Positions 63,091 to 64,000 of a stretch of DNA of 64,000 bases are shown piece by piece; the first letter of the stretch is position 1, and each line of letters starts with the position of its first letter. The position numbers were made by a program, and so were the translations under genes. The DNA lies in the NCBI GenBank assembly GCA_002269645.1, contig NIVC01001062.1, positions 1-64,000 on the forward strand, read 5' to 3'. A model generated the notes under the pieces. That model made no database searches and had not been told where the DNA came from. It worked only from the letters and a program-made list of their open reading frames with translations. The DNA comes from Macrostomum lignano (taxonomy: Eukaryota).

Positions 63091-64000
63091 GCTCTGAAAA
63101 ATCCCTGCAATTTTATTACTATGTGACTCACTGTTTTTTGTTTTGCAAAAAGCGTTCGACCTGAATAAAAGTACATAATTAAAAAAACTTCCCTCACCGT
63201 GCAATCCAGACAGGTGTTAGAATTGCACGAATCTTTCTGCTTTGAAATTTCCCAATTTCCCGCGTTTCTCTCAACTCATTAGAGCCACGCATCCTTATGC
63301 TAGATGAACTTAATTAACTTAGCAGCTGAGAAGTCACAAACCATTCAATCGATTTACACGAGAACTTGAGCATATTGCCAAATCTGTCCTCAGGTATTCG
63401 CATATTTATGTAGATTCTTTTTGATGACGTCATTGAGAGTAACAACATATCATTTGTGATTAACGAAAAGTTAATCTTAAGATACATAGATGTATCAGAC
63501 TATCGCTTGTTTCAATGGATGGAACTTGTTATCAATGAGTAAAATTGTTACATTGTAAAAGAGATACGATCTCATTACAAAAATCATGTAATCATGTCCA
63601 GATCGTCGTGTCCTCACGCATGAACAAATAAAAGGTTGAGCAGAGGGAATTAGTCAGTTAAAGGAATTTTTATGATTGATGCATGCCACCCACTCAGTAA
63701 CTCCAGCTCAAAAAGGATCCCCCCTAAGTATTCTATAGTATCTAGAATACTTTTACTTTTATACTAAATCTCAATGATTACAGTTTTACACCTTTACACT
63801 TTTTATACAAAGTAAAATACTATTTCGCAAAATACTATCCATACAATGCTCGTTTTAAAATATTTATAAATACAATTATTGCGGCAGAGCCCCCCCCCAA
63901 GGGCTGACCCGCGACCTTCTTCCTTTAGGTCAACGCATTTTAACAACAACTCGAGCTATCCAGTGAGGTTTATGACTCATCTGACTCAGTCACTAAACGA

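Overview
Eukaryotic (animal) genomic DNA. GC-rich exons with polyQ/polyS runs and minisatellite-filled introns suggest a flatworm such as Macrostomum; this is inference only. Bases 1-21 kb are a densely nested transposon field: a deleted Gypsy element, two piggyBacs, mariners, a Penelope relic, a P-like relic, a LINE endonuclease, two related solo LTRs, a tRNA-derived SINE family and a hammerhead-like motif. Inside this field lies a ~564-aa six-TM TRP-like channel ORF, cut in two by a 3.56-kb TIR element; removing the element and one TSD copy restores the frame exactly. Bases 21-54 kb hold host genes: SRRM1/SRm160 (5 coding exons, minus), JNK (6 or more exons, plus, head-to-head with SRRM1), tRNA-Trp(CCA), an intronless SQSTM1/p62-like gene (minus) and an uncharacterised 2-exon gene (plus). 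Bases 54-64 kb are mostly micro- and minisatellites. No CRISPR or rRNA was seen. All alignments and splice joins were done by eye; no database searches were run.
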